From assembly GCA_964658305.1 (NCBI GenBank), contig OZ210885.1:25172001-25236000 (forward strand): a stretch of 64,000 nucleotides of DNA. Reading direction: 5' to 3'. The notes beneath the pieces were generated by a model. That model was not told the DNA's origin and searched no databases. It saw nothing but the letters and a program-made list of their open reading frames with translations. Both the position numbers and the translations under genes were made by a program. Source of the stretch: Leptogorgia sarmentosa (lineage: Eukaryota). Shown here one piece after another: positions 48,540 through 61,004 of the stretch (position 1 is the stretch's first letter; the number at the start of each line of letters is the position of its first letter).

Positions 48540-51500
48540 CATGAAGATGGACTCTCATTTTGCTTTGATCCCAAATTATGGTAGCTGGATCTTTCCCATG
48601 TAGAAGTGATGTTGCATTTGCGATAGAGAATAAGCCACAGTCACTCAAGCCTTTTTGAAGCTGTTGCAGTATAACAGTTACTGTGAGGCTTCCGTTTCCA
48701 GTGCAGGGTCTGTACAGGTGTATCAGCTGCTGAGCCAAAGTTCTGTTCAGTCCAGTACCCAAAGTGTCATACACTGTTACCTGTCCATCCTTGTACGTTA
48801 AAACAACCCAGTGCCCCCCAATGTTGTGACACTGAATTGTCTGACCATTCTTGGTGGCTAAAGCCACTTTGGTCTTCTTGAAATGGGTCATAACCACCAT
48901 ATCATTTAAACCAGCAACATCTGCTCTGTTTGATTTTAGTAAACGGGAGGCTGCATCCATATGCTCATCTGTTAACCAGCCATTTGGGTCTAATAATATC
49001 TGCTTCATCTTCTCTGTCAATTTAATGCCCTCAACTATTGTCCACACAGGTGTCCTTTCTTCTGCCTGTTCATCCACAACATGCACTTCCTTGGTATCTT
49101 TTTGGTCAAAATTTTTTATACTTATTTTTGATGATTTTTCTCGTATGTCAGCTGCAACACCAAATCGCTTCTTTTTTCGTTTATTCTCAGCACGTAGCAA
49201 CAAGTTATTTTTTGGGCGTTTATATGGGTAATTCTGTACTTTACTTGTTTTCTTCCTGGGTGATAAAGTCTTATCTTTTAAGGGTAGCTTGTTTTCCACC
49301 AGGCGATTCTGTCTTGCATAGCTCAACACCTTTGTCATCATGTCATTTATGGTAGCTAATACGTCCCGGTCTGTTACCATGTACAGCTCATCATGCAATG
49401 CCTTAACTGTTGAAATGCACTTATTCCTGCCGTTACTTAGCGTTCCTTGTCTCCTCCGTTTTAAAGGGTTTATCTTGACGTCACTGCTGCTATTCATGCA
49501 ATCATTTTCTGGAACCCTAGGCACGTTTTCGGATGACTCGTTTACGAAGTCATCGCGTGGCGAAGAAGCATACTTTTCTCTTCACTCGTTAAGATGTTTG
49601 GGACAACGACAGGATCTAATTTGAATAAGGGATAGGTTTGGAAACTAGCGCCAACAGATTCCCATCCGACATCGGGAAGATTAACCACTGCACATATGGT
49701 GCTTGCACAGGAGCTTGTTTCTCTTGAAGTCAAAACACTGGCAACTTGGTAGCCGCATTTCTGAGCCAAGTGAAACTTGGTATTGCTCATCGGTAGTAGA
49801 GCTTTTAACCGTGAAAAGGCTACTGCCACAGCGTTGGATGTAGCTGCTGGGATACGGAGGAAAGGATCTTTTCATAATATGCTGAACAACATATTTCGGG
49901 CGATTGCGTAGAACACTGGGAACTTTCTCGTCATATTTTCTGTGCATTTAAGATGATCGCAGATTAAGTTCTTTGTACCTGTGGTAAAAAGTTCGAATCC
50001 CGGATCAGAGAACTTTATTTTAAAACAATTTGAAAGTACATAGTAAGACTTGAAAATATTATATGGTGAAAAACAATGTTGGTTTGTGGGTACACCACAT
50101 CAAATTATTTTTGTTTTCTGCATGTATTTGGCGTTATACTCTTACTTCTTATAGCTGTCAGGAAGAAATTGCATAAGCAGCAGGTCAACAAGTTCTGCAA
50201 TGGTGCTGTTCCTTTTATTCTCCAGATAAGATGACTTGAGCCAGCAATTTTGTCTTTCAATGCCGTTGTTAGTGTATATGGCAACTCGCAGAGATGTATC
50301 GCAGTAAAATCTTACCCATTTCTATGTAAAAAATAAAACAACTATGTGATTGACAAGGCCCTGATCCACCTTTCACTGACTCTATATTGGTTTGCAATTT
50401 ACTACCTGTATCATTGCACAAAGATTGTGAATACCTGGATATGTGGCTGCCAGTACTCGGTAAAATACTGCTGCAAACGATGTGATTGCTTCCAGACATC
50501 ACTATTCTTGAAGATTTCGATATTTCTGTCAAGCATATATTTATTTGCACTGGTGGCTATACTTCGCAGATACACAAGTATTTCCGCCTTATGACTTGAT
50601 AGGCCATGATCTCCCTTTGACAACCATTCATTCCAAGCCTTTTCTCTATGGAAGTCACATAAGTGGAATTTACAATCTGAAAATGAAAATTTAAACGGCG
50701 TTTTATATTTTGCAACATATTGTTATTGTTAATGATAACCTCGATAGTAACCATGTAAACTAACTAAATGTACAACTCTCTTAACGAACAACATATATAC
50801 ATTAGTTCAGGGTTAGCATTATTATATAATGTAATTACCGTACATATATTCAGAGCCAGAATCAGAGGTGGAAATAGTGTTGGAACCTGGGAAACTAATT
50901 ACCGTATACTAGTGAATGGCAATTAAGTAACTAACTTGGCAGGGTTTTTTCAATTGCAGCAATCTCAGCCATTGAAAAATCAACTAAGAAGTTCTGTGGC
51001 TTCCATTCTGGGTTAAACAATTTTATCTTCTCCAATGCTTCTTCCAAAGAATTTGCATCTTCATTTTCTGGTATGAATACAGCCACCACAATGTATCCAA
51101 CGTTTCCCCGAACACATACGAAAAACAGTGGAACTGCATACCTGCGAAATTATTTCACATAAACATGAAAATTTACTAGTAAGAGAAAAGCGATTATTGA
51201 TAAAAAATTAGGAACTTACTCATAATCGAAATGAAACCAGTACTGTATGTCTGTATGACCGACGTGTCACGTACCTGCACACTCGATAAGTCGCATCTAA
51301 AAGGCACATCTCTTGACCATATAGCAGAAGCAACCTTTTCATCCACTCAGACTGATATACGAACAAAAATTTATCTTTGTCTTTTATTGATGACTATAAA
51401 AATGACGAACTGAAGCATGAGAAGTATTCGAGAGCGTCAAGTGTAGTTCGATAGCAAAATTCAGATTTTGAAAGTACGTGATGACCATTTTTTCAACAGA

Positions 51501-52820
51501 CTATTGGCTAAATCGATCAGACAGTCGAAGTTTCGACAGAACATGCAGTCTAAAGCATTTTATATTAATCAGTTAAATCTAGCAAAAACTTTGGTATCCA
51601 GTATGAGCAGTATCCACATGTTCTCAAAAGAGAAAAATGGTAGTCATTAACTATTTCGGACAGCATTGAGTAGCTTGTAAATGTAAGGACGTTTGCTAGT
51701 AGTAATGACAAGAAATTGTATCGTGTGACAAATAGTAAGAATTGTCGTTGTTTAATTTGTAATTTACCCTGTAGAATATCGAGTCATTGATATTGTCTTC
51801 TTTCCATTGTTCGCAATAGATGCTAAGATTTTCTTGATCATCAGTTGCTTTGCGAGTACCTGCACGTTGACTGTTTAAAATGTTACGTATATCCTCGGTT
51901 GTTGGGTAATATCTTCTACGGGATGGAGAAGGTGGTTGGTCGCCTCGAAACAATTCATTCTGAACATAGTCCTTAATATGTCGTTGGACTTCAGCCACTG
52001 TTTTAACTCCAATCTGATGTAATTGTTTAATCTTTCTTGTTATGGAGTCATCAATTGGTTCACGAAGATTAGCACTCTAAAATAATGATGCAATAGCAAA
52101 ATTTAAGCTTGACGTACTAAACAGTTCCGCAAATGTTCTAAAGTTGTTAAATAACTAATTATGTGACCTTCCTAGAAACATTGTTCACAAGTTAATTTCT
52201 ACTCGTTTTACTCCAAATGTTGTAACTATGTAATTATTATATATGTGTATGTAAATATATATTAATCTTACTTCTTCTTCAACAGCATGGTACCGATGGC
52301 TATTTATTCCTGGTAACTTAAGGGCAAATTGCTCAACAATAGTTTCGACTTTTCCATCCTGAATGTTCGCTTTCAAGGATGACGCCATAGACCTCATCTG
52401 CCTATCGGGCTTTTTGCCACTGGAATCCAACAGGACCTGTTTTGTTACATTACAAAACTTTCAGACTGTCAAAATAGTGTTATTATACTATCCTACATTT
52501 CTTTAAATAATAATTAATTGCCAATTATAAACAATAATTAATGGCCAATTAATATTATAAGTGGGAAGTTAAGAAATTAGTAGATACTGGATAACTGATC
52601 GACAATGCAAGCTTTGGAAATAAACAACTTGTTGGTAAGAATTATCCTCCATCCCCCCCTTGAAATATCCATGGAAATCGAGCAAACATGTTCTCAATTC
52701 ACCAACCTTGTAATCTGGAAACTTCAGAATCTTGGAGACAAACACTTTGCTAGGACTACCCAACTTTTTTTATGGCTGTATCGATGTCCTTCTTTTCAAA
52801 AATACATGGTCTCATTCCTT
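48540..52820 (-). pseudogene. Mutator/MULE transposase with CARF-like N-terminal region, SWIM finger and Ulp1-like protease; truncated at both ends
   Basis: KFPDYK and RRYYPTTEDIRN; YAVPLFFVCVRGNVGY...FLVDFSMAEIAAIE; TNNGIERQN; SCQCFDF...LLCKH; WLTDEHM, GGHWV, YDTL, QKGLSDCGLF. Confidence 0.82.
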
Positions 52821-52863
52821 TAGCATAATAAAAACATTAAATTTGAATATATAAAGTAATAAT

Positions 52864-53878
52864 ATGACAGCTCTAAATTGTTTTGATAACAGGTTAGATA
52901 TGGAACTTGTGACGATTGAAAGGTTAAACAATATTTCGTCGCGATGGACACCCGATTGTGATGAATACAAAAAAGAAGTAGAAGAAAACAGCCGCTGCAA
53001 GTGCACTGACCTTTATGCAAAAATCAAGCTTGTGTGCGAAGAGCGTCTGTTTCTTCAGAAATTAAAGGAGAAATACTCAGGTATAATGTTTTCGCTAAAA
53101 TTTAAAGAGAACACTCACATACACTGTATTGACTGTAATAAGTACATATGGTACGTACTTGACAGAACATGTGATTGACTGATTGTTCGTGTCATTTATG
53201 CCGTCTGTAGTTATAGAATCCCATTAATGCACAGTATTGCATCGTATCTTTATATCTTATCTTAAGACTCTAACCCAGTATTTTTTAATAATTCGATAAT
53301 ATTTTTAGAGGGCCATGCGTTGTCAAAGAAGTTAATAAATCAAGTCAAGAAGACTGATAAGATAAAACAACTTCTGTTGGAGTACAACTCCTTCCGAGAA
53401 CAATTAAATAACGAAGGACAGACAACCTTCCATCAACTAACTTTCGACAAAGTGAAGCAACAAGGAACATTTAATTAATGTAAATGAAAGTGTTACAGAA
53501 ACGAATGGCATACCATCATCTATAAGACGACATGCAATCGAAATGCTGAATCTTCACAAGCGAAGTAAAGAGGAGAAAGTTTTGTTGAGTAATGAGATGA
53601 AAAGAGTTTTCGATTACTTCCTAAAAGAAGTTGAATTGAGTTCGAAGGATGCACAGAACAGGTATGAAGTTGGTTCAATAGCTCTGTTAAAGGCCGAACA
53701 CAAGCTTTCACAAAACCGTGTCGTCAGCATTTATAATTGCCTGAAGGACTACGTGACATTACCCGTTGTTGATTTCCCAACATACCGAAGGTCAGATGAT
53801 GATGAAGATACTTCCTCATCTACGTATTTTGAAGACGACGAGCAAGCAAACTCGTCAGATTCAGAAAATCATGTGTGA
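52864..53878 (+). pseudogene. C-terminal part of a KDZ (Kyakuja-Dileera-Zisupton-like) transposase
   Basis: SRWTPDCDEY, EERLFLQKLKEKYS|EGHALSKKL, HKRSKEEKVLLSNEM, acidic tail; no catalytic N-terminal part visible. Confidence 0.5.
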
Positions 53879-54143
53879 ATGTATTCATTTTGTTTTCTTT
53901 GCCTTTCTATTACTATTACTACTCTTGCCCCGCTTTGCCCGGTCGCAGATGGCAGCATCTCGTTTCTTGAACGATATTCAGCCAACATTCGAGGCACCTG
54001 CATCGTCCAGTTGAAAAGGAGCATTTCTGTACGGAAGCCCGGAAGGGCCATTAGTATACTGCTTTCAACTTTTTGAATCGTGTTTGATAATTTGTACGAA
54101 TCATGGTAAACTTTCGAATGTTGACAACTTATGGGATTGTGTT

Positions 54144-54211
54144 GACTTTTTTCTCGACTTTTTTCTCGACTTTTTTCTCGACTTTTTTCTCGACTTTTTT
54201 CTCGACTTTTT
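54144..54211 (+). repeat. 12-bp tandem array (GACTTTTTTCTC x5 plus partial) in the inner left TIR; variant array at 59774-59830
   Basis: Read directly from the sequence. Confidence 0.9.
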
Positions 54212-54319
54212 GCTAACACTATTACTGAATTTCTTTAAATCAGTGTTAAAAATATCAAGGCGATCAGTCGACTTTAAAAATGTATCTTTTGTTGTTCTTA
54301 TTTTGGTTATTATATCTGA

Positions 54320-55515
54320 GATGCGAAGCTGTTTTACCTCCTTATTTGCCCACTCTGGAAAATAATGATTTTGAGCGTGTTGATTTAATTGAACGATACT
54401 TCCACATGGGCCTTGGTTACAGCGACATTGTACTGTTTTTGGGTTTATTGCACGGGTATGTTTTGAGTATTCGCCAGCGGAAGTGAGTCCTGCAACAACG
54501 TGGTCTTGGAAGACGAAGAAATCGTTCCAACATTGAAGAGGTTTACGGGGCAATCAGAAGAGAATTGCGTGGCAGCGGAAGCATGATGGGTTACAGACAA
54601 ATGACTAGGCGATTACTACATAGCCATGGTGTGGTTGTTGACAAAGAAACTGTGAGGGAACTTTTGAAGATTTTGGACCCTGAAGGAGTTGATGCCAGGT
54701 CTAGACATCGATTACAAAGGAGACAATACAAAACAGAGGGTCCAAATCATGTGTGGCATATAGACGGTTATGATAAACTGAAACCCTTTGGGTTCTGTAT
54801 CCACGGTTCAATTGATGGATATAGCAGGCGTGTAATGTGGCTTGATGTGGGTCCTTCCAACAACAACCCCGACGTAATAGCTCAGTATTATATTGAATGT
54901 GTTCAGCAGATCGGAGGAACTGCAAGAGTAGTTAGAGGGGACTGTGGGACAGAAAATGTTCATGTAGCTGCCCTGCAACGTTTTTTCAATAACGATGAGC
55001 AAAGTTTTCTTTATGGAAAGTCTTGTTCCAATCAACGTATCGAGGCTTTTTGGGGTATGCTCAGGAGAGGTTGTGTTGATTGGTGGATGAACTTCTTTAA
55101 AGACCTTAGGGATAGTGGGTTGTTCTGTGATTCGGATGACATACAAGTTGAGTGTTTGAAGTTTTGCTTCACAAGCATTATACGAGGCGAGCTGCACAGG
55201 TTTGCTATGGAATGGAACCTGCATAGAATTAGAAAGTCGGTAAATGCAGAATCTCCAAGTGGTCAACCAGATGTCCTATATTTCCTCTCTTCAAGAACAG
55301 ATGATGCAAGGGATCTAGTTACACCGGTTTCTGAAGAAGATATAGAGATTGCACTAGAGATGTGTGTCCAAACACCAGAGCAAGGTTGTTCCGAAGAATT
55401 TTTTGAATTAGCGTCAATTATCATGCTAGAGAAGCATCTCGAAATGCCTACCAATTCAGAAGATGCTGTTATTTTATATTCAACCATTGTAGAAGAGATT
55501 GATCAAATATTGTAG
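54320..55515 (+). pseudogene. Element C rve-like DDE transposase, near-intact (TGA at 54484, possible 5' frameshift)
   Basis: HGYVLSIRQ, GYRQM, WHIDGYDKLKPFGF, VRGDCGTEN, SNQRIEAFW, WNLHRIR. Confidence 0.9.
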
Positions 55516-55947
55516 GTTCAAGGACGTCTTTTTATAAGATCTGGTATGTTCGCAGTTGGACATGTCCAATCCCAAACGTTTTGTGTTTCAGTTAACAGTT
55601 TGACCGTCCTTTTGGAACGATCGTAAAAGTAACATTGAGAGCTATAGGAATAAAATACAAACTGACACTGACTATCTTGGAATCTTTTGAGTCTGAATGC
55701 CATTGTTTCTTATGAAAATTGTGGTCAGCATACCTGTACATGCATTTATTTTGTTTGTCAATAATTGTACGCATATAGCTATTATGATATTGTGATGTTT
55801 AAACAGCTTAATTTGAAACTACCATAGCATGATACTGCTTGAAATCCTCTTTCATGTACATACTTTATGAGTTGTTACGACATTAATAACTTTTTAATAG
55901 TTTATTAACGAACATTGGTACATGATAATAATTATACATGTATATGA

Positions 55948-56101
55948 GACTACATCTACACAACTCCGGATCAATATTATAAAACGGAGAAAAAGCGTAG
56001 TTGTTCAAAAACGTCACTTTTGCCGTAGAATTGCCGTAACAGTGTAAACACAATCGAATTATACCGTCACTTTTTCGCTCCGGCGTTGTGCAAATGTACC
56101 C
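55948..56101. mobile_element. Small PIF/Harbinger-type MITE
   Basis: Imperfect 23-bp TIR GACTACATCTACACAACTCCGGA / TCCGGCGTTGTGCAAATGTACCC; 3-bp TSD TGA. Confidence 0.55.
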
Positions 56102-56357
56102 TGAATATCTTGTTGTTTAAAATGAATATCAATTAGATAAACGACTAAAGTTTACCAGTCCCTTCTACAATAGGAAAGGCTGTCAAATACACCAATTAAT
56201 CACCAATATATGCTATACAACTTAGTATGTGCATTCATACAATGCAACAATTATGTAAATAAGCCTGTAAAACTACATTACGGATAATGCGGCCTGCGGG
56301 GTCGGTTACAGGAAATGTATTGCAAGTCCTCAAATATATATGAAGAAGCACACTTTA

Positions 56358-59300
56358 TCATGCATTACCGAAGCCCCGTCCGTTTTGAATACCAAAGGTC
56401 ATGTCAGCTACAAAGGCTTCGTATGTAGTGTGTACTACAGGAAGATATAATATATTTGAGCATGTGTTTGCCTTTGGGAACCTCGATTTTTCACCACATG
56501 CTTCAGGATGATGTAGAAATTGAATGGTGGAATAAATCTTTCGAGCGGGCAGGACTTTGCATGCTGTTGCAAAGAACAAAATGTCATTGAAGGTAAGGGG
56601 GTCTTCACCTTCTTCAATGTCCTGTGGATAATCATGCCATCGTGATAGGACCAAACTTTCTGTAACTGCTTTGTTTGATCCAACCGGACTTTGGATCACA
56701 TGGAACAGCTCTTCAGTGCTTTCAGCTGTAAGCTTTTCTGGATAATAGCAAAACGCTGGACGAAAAACATCAGGATTCTGTACGAGTGCATCAAGGACTC
56801 CAAGCGTTGACAAACCATTTAAGAAACTTTCCAACGCTGGTCGGGCACGTCCAAGGACAAACCACTTAGCTGTCATTTCGGCAATCTTTCTTATGTCGTC
56901 TGTATTCTGGATTGGTTGAAGCATCCCAGCCAGATCAAGAACGCTCTGCAAAGTGCTGCTATTCATAACTTCGACCGCCTCCTCTTTGCTAACCGAATTG
57001 CTTAGGTTTTCAAGTGATAACTGTAATTCCTTGTCATACACATCTTCAATTCTAATGGCAACTTTTTCAGGGGAACGGTGAAGAGCTTCAAACATGTTAT
57101 GTGCAAAACATTGTGGTCCAGCGCCACCATGCACTAAGGACATTGCTATGAGGGTACCTGCAATAAAATAATCGTTACCTTCAAGGCAACTGGATTGGGA
57201 AGAAATGTATTTCCGATGTTCAGGGCCACAAAATAACTGCGAAGTGACCATCCACTGTATAACTAGTGTAAAAAATTCCTTCATAGGTCCACCCAAGTCA
57301 ACGGCTCCCTCACTGTTGCCGATGTCATCTGTAAATTTTACAGACATCTTGTGTTTGGCACAAAAAGACTTTCGCGTTACCGCTCTTTTCGCTCCTTCCC
57401 ATACAAAACTTCGAGAAATGTTGAATTTGGATATGGATGTGTACTCGATTTCCTTTGCCAAACCGTCAAGAAGTTCGTGTAGTTCTTTCTTTGGGACATC
57501 AGGTTGTGGACGAGCATCCTCTGCTGTTGTGTTATGGTCGATAAAAATCTCATCATTGTCATCCTGTTCTTCATAACAATGGGCAGTTGAATCGCCATCT
57601 TTCACAATAGAGGCATAATAATGGTCCAATGGGTAATTCAACCTAAGAACGTCCAAAAAAATATGTGTTATTAATTCCTTCCTTCTACAAGCGGCACTTC
57701 CCATATCATTGCGCATAAATCATGAGAATATTTGAAACATGCAAGATATACAAACGCCGAAACCAAATCTGAAAGCTCAACACTTCCCTTTAATTAAGGG
57801 AATAGAAAATCAAATGAGGAAAGATTAATGATATCTCATGAGTAGCGAAATTAATAAGACTATGATACATCAATACTTACTCAGGTACTGGGGAGTTGTT
57901 TTTGCTAACAGTTCCAAATCCCATAAATTGCACTTCATCATCGGATTCTAACAGTCCTGGAGTTCCATCCTCTTCTTCAACCATTAAATAGGTACACTTG
58001 TCAGACAGTTCATCACTTGGTTTTTGCACCACTCCCAAATGACTGATTGTGAAATTCTCTGGATCTGGGCTGAGGGAACCAGCCCAGTCATACACAGCTG
58101 CCATGTGAGAGGTTTTTGGAAACTTTCTATATTGCAAACCCATTGTGACATGCCTGACCTTGACAGTTACAAACTCATCATCAGGCTCGGGCACCACTCT
58201 ATCTGCTCTGGCATTCTGAACTCTCTTTTTGCACTTTGATTCATCATTCTCTATTCTACGTGAGGCAGCTTTCCTTTCATCTGCTTTCAGGGACCTTTGA
58301 TACTCCTCGTCTTGTTCTGATATAAGAGATTGCCTTTCAAGGGTGGAACCAATAAGTGAGCTTTCACCACTTGAGGATGCAAGAGATGGAATTTCCAGTG
58401 TGGAGTCAATCACTGAGCTTTCTTGATTTGGGGATGGAAGAGACTGCCTCTCAAGGTGGGGGCTAATCAATGAGTCTTGTTGATCGAGGTCATCACCAAA
58501 TGCACTGGATAAGAACTCGTCGTCATCATCACTGCCATCAATTTTCCTGGATTGTAAATACAGTCTAACAGTTCTAATTTTGTGCGCTTCCATGTAGTTA
58601 CATAAATTGAATGGTATATATTCTCTTCCAACTTTAATATAGTCTTCAACCTTCTCTCCTTTAAAGTTAGTCAGACTAAGCAGCATATCACCCTCATTTC
58701 CAAAAATAGAATTGCCCTCAGGAAAAAAAAGATTCTTACAGGTTTGATATATGTCCATCTTACAACTAGTTAATGGCATTTCTACTACTCTACTTCCCCC
58801 TCCTTTGACTAGAGGCACAAGCGTGTAAGATTACTCCTGTTCCTTGAAATGTTTCCATCCAAGGTAAACCTTTTTCAATTTTTGTTTTGGTGGCTCTTTT
58901 GTGGAAAAAGTACTGTTTTTAGATTTACTTTTTGCTTTGTTTTTTTCCTTCTTTCTGGAAAGGAATGACTCCAGCAATGCTCTTTTTCTATTCTGATTTA
59001 CTTCTTTTGAACTGCTTTCATCTCCTTGATGAGCACAGAAACCTTTTAAACTTAGGCGATCTCCTGCCTTAGAGAGACCCATATCTATTAACACCTGGTC
59101 AGAAGCATTTGTAATTGCTACTTCATCCATCTAAAATAATAATGTGATTTCATATCAATAAGAATGTGATTTCCTAGTGTGATCTAGCAGGCCAGGCCAT
59201 ATTAACAATGTCAAATATCCCCCCCCCCCCCCATGCCCACACACGCACACACACACAGCATCCATCTCCTCTCAAACAAGCCTCTCGTTTAAATAAGTGT

Positions 59301-59716
59301 CACCTTGTTTGATGAAGAAATGAATTTCATAATCACTTCTCTCAATTCATTAAGACAAGTTTACCCTTTATGTGAAACAAATTCCTTTACAAACAGGTTC
59401 AATTAAAATATTAAAGTCAATAAACAATATTAATTGCAAAACAAACCTTTTCAAAACGAAACCTTTCCACAATTTCCTCTTCTACACCTCTTGTTACAAG
59501 AAACTCGCATACCTGTGAAATTCATATTGATTTCATTATATATGATTTACAATTATTAATTATATGATGTGAGAATACACAGCTAAATTGCACCATACAA
59601 TGTTATAAACAGGCTTGTGTCTCCCACAATGTTGTTTCTAATCCCATTCCATACGTAATTTATGTTTTATCCATAATTTATCATCTTACCTTTGCAACTG
59701 AAGCCATTTCCGCCAT
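56358..59716 (-). pseudogene. HECT E3 ubiquitin ligase with SAM-like and UBX-like domains; 4 exons, one visible premature stop at 58831-58833
   Basis: Exons 59716-59690, 59513-59448, 59130-57881 and ~57643-56358. LIDMGLSKAGDRLSL (SAM-like); EQDEEYQRSLKADE plus VTVKVRH...RKF...VYDW (UBX-like); GAVDLGGPMKEFF, ILFFATA, FPKANTCSNILYLP, GRGFGNA*. Confidence 0.87.
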
Positions 59717-61004
59717 ATTTTCGAAGATACTGTAAGTCTGTGACTCGTGGCCACTGAGCTCAAAAACAACTATAAAAAAGTCGTGCAAAAAGTCGAGAAA
59801 AAAGTCGTGCAAAAAGTCGAGAAAAAACTCAACACAATCCCATAAGTTGTCAACATTCGAAAGTTTATCGTGATTCGTACAAATTATCAAACACGATTCA
59901 AAAAGTTGAAAGCAGTATACTAATGGCCCTTCCGGGCTTCCGTATTTCTGAGATGTGTCTCAGAATTTTTTCCACCTCCATAACAAAACGAACATAAGCC
60001 TGCAAAATATTTTTAAATGTTGACGTTTATGATATCGATAATGTACATTTTTTAAAACAACTACTGCCATCGAGGTGTTTTGCGTGAGGTTTCTTTATAT
60101 CTCGTAAAGTTGTGATGTAAGTAACTCGTATTCACAGTAAGATTTAAGAGTTTACTAAGTGCATACCTCTGGTATAAGTACATCGGTCACATAGTGTCTT
60201 TTTTTTGTTGTATCTTCATCCCATCGTTGCTGTGGTGGCATAAACAATCCCGTAACAATATTGTGAAAATCCTCGTCCTGTTGAAGCCAATTAAGATAAA
60301 TTAGAATTCCCTGAATTCCCAACTAAAATATACAACTAATGCTTACCAAATCTTCGGAGAATGGAGAGTTGCAATTAAACATCAAGCTTCTGCTAATGTA
60401 TTCTCGTTCTTTTCTTTCATGTTTGACAAAAATAACATGTCAAGCACTTGAGATGGAACTTGAAATAACCAGTTTCAAATGGTCCTAAATAACAAAAACA
60501 GGGAAAATGTTTCAACTGAATTTTAAGGAATTTAACTTTTGAAAGGTTCTTCCCTTCGTTGTTTGATCAACCGTTATTCTAATGGAATTGTTTCTGCTTC
60601 TAACCTAAAGCTATCATTCACGAGTTTTAGATTTGCAGATAAGTTGTTAATGAATTTTATTGCTGTATTTATGTGTAGTTGCACTCCTGGTAGCAAGTAA
60701 TGCCTCAAATTTACCTGTCAAAATGCTTCAGACATGCAACCAATCAAAATGTTTGGAAACCATTATTTACTACTCAAATTATACTAATTTTTACTATAAA
60801 ATGCATATACGGTTGTTCGTGTACTACTTGGCGAATGTTATTTAATCTTACCTCAATCCGTGGAAACACCATTAGAATTTGGGCCAAGTTGTCTCTCTTT
60901 CTTCTTGCTATACAAAATATATGACAAGCAATGTCCTTTATAAGTATGTGATATCTACTAGTTGTACATGTAATGTGGTTACGTACAAAAATGGGCATGT
61001 AATG

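Larger units (their letters stand above)
54030..59944. mobile_element. IS3EU-type transposon C carrying a SAM-UBX-HECT E3 ligase gene
   Basis: ~170-bp TIRs TACGGAAGCCCGGAAGGGCC / GGCCCTTCCGGGCTTCCGTA; exact 6-bp TSD TTTCTG (54024-54029, 59945-59950). Confidence 0.93.

Noticed and set aside
54101..54365. SREK/SRKK/FFLD repeat ORFs, and a CRISPR-like appearance
   Set aside because: Translations of a spacer-less 12-bp TIR array; no spacers or cas genes.
59951..61000. Possible coding remnants between element C and the PHD gene
   Set aside because: No recognisable motif and many stops.
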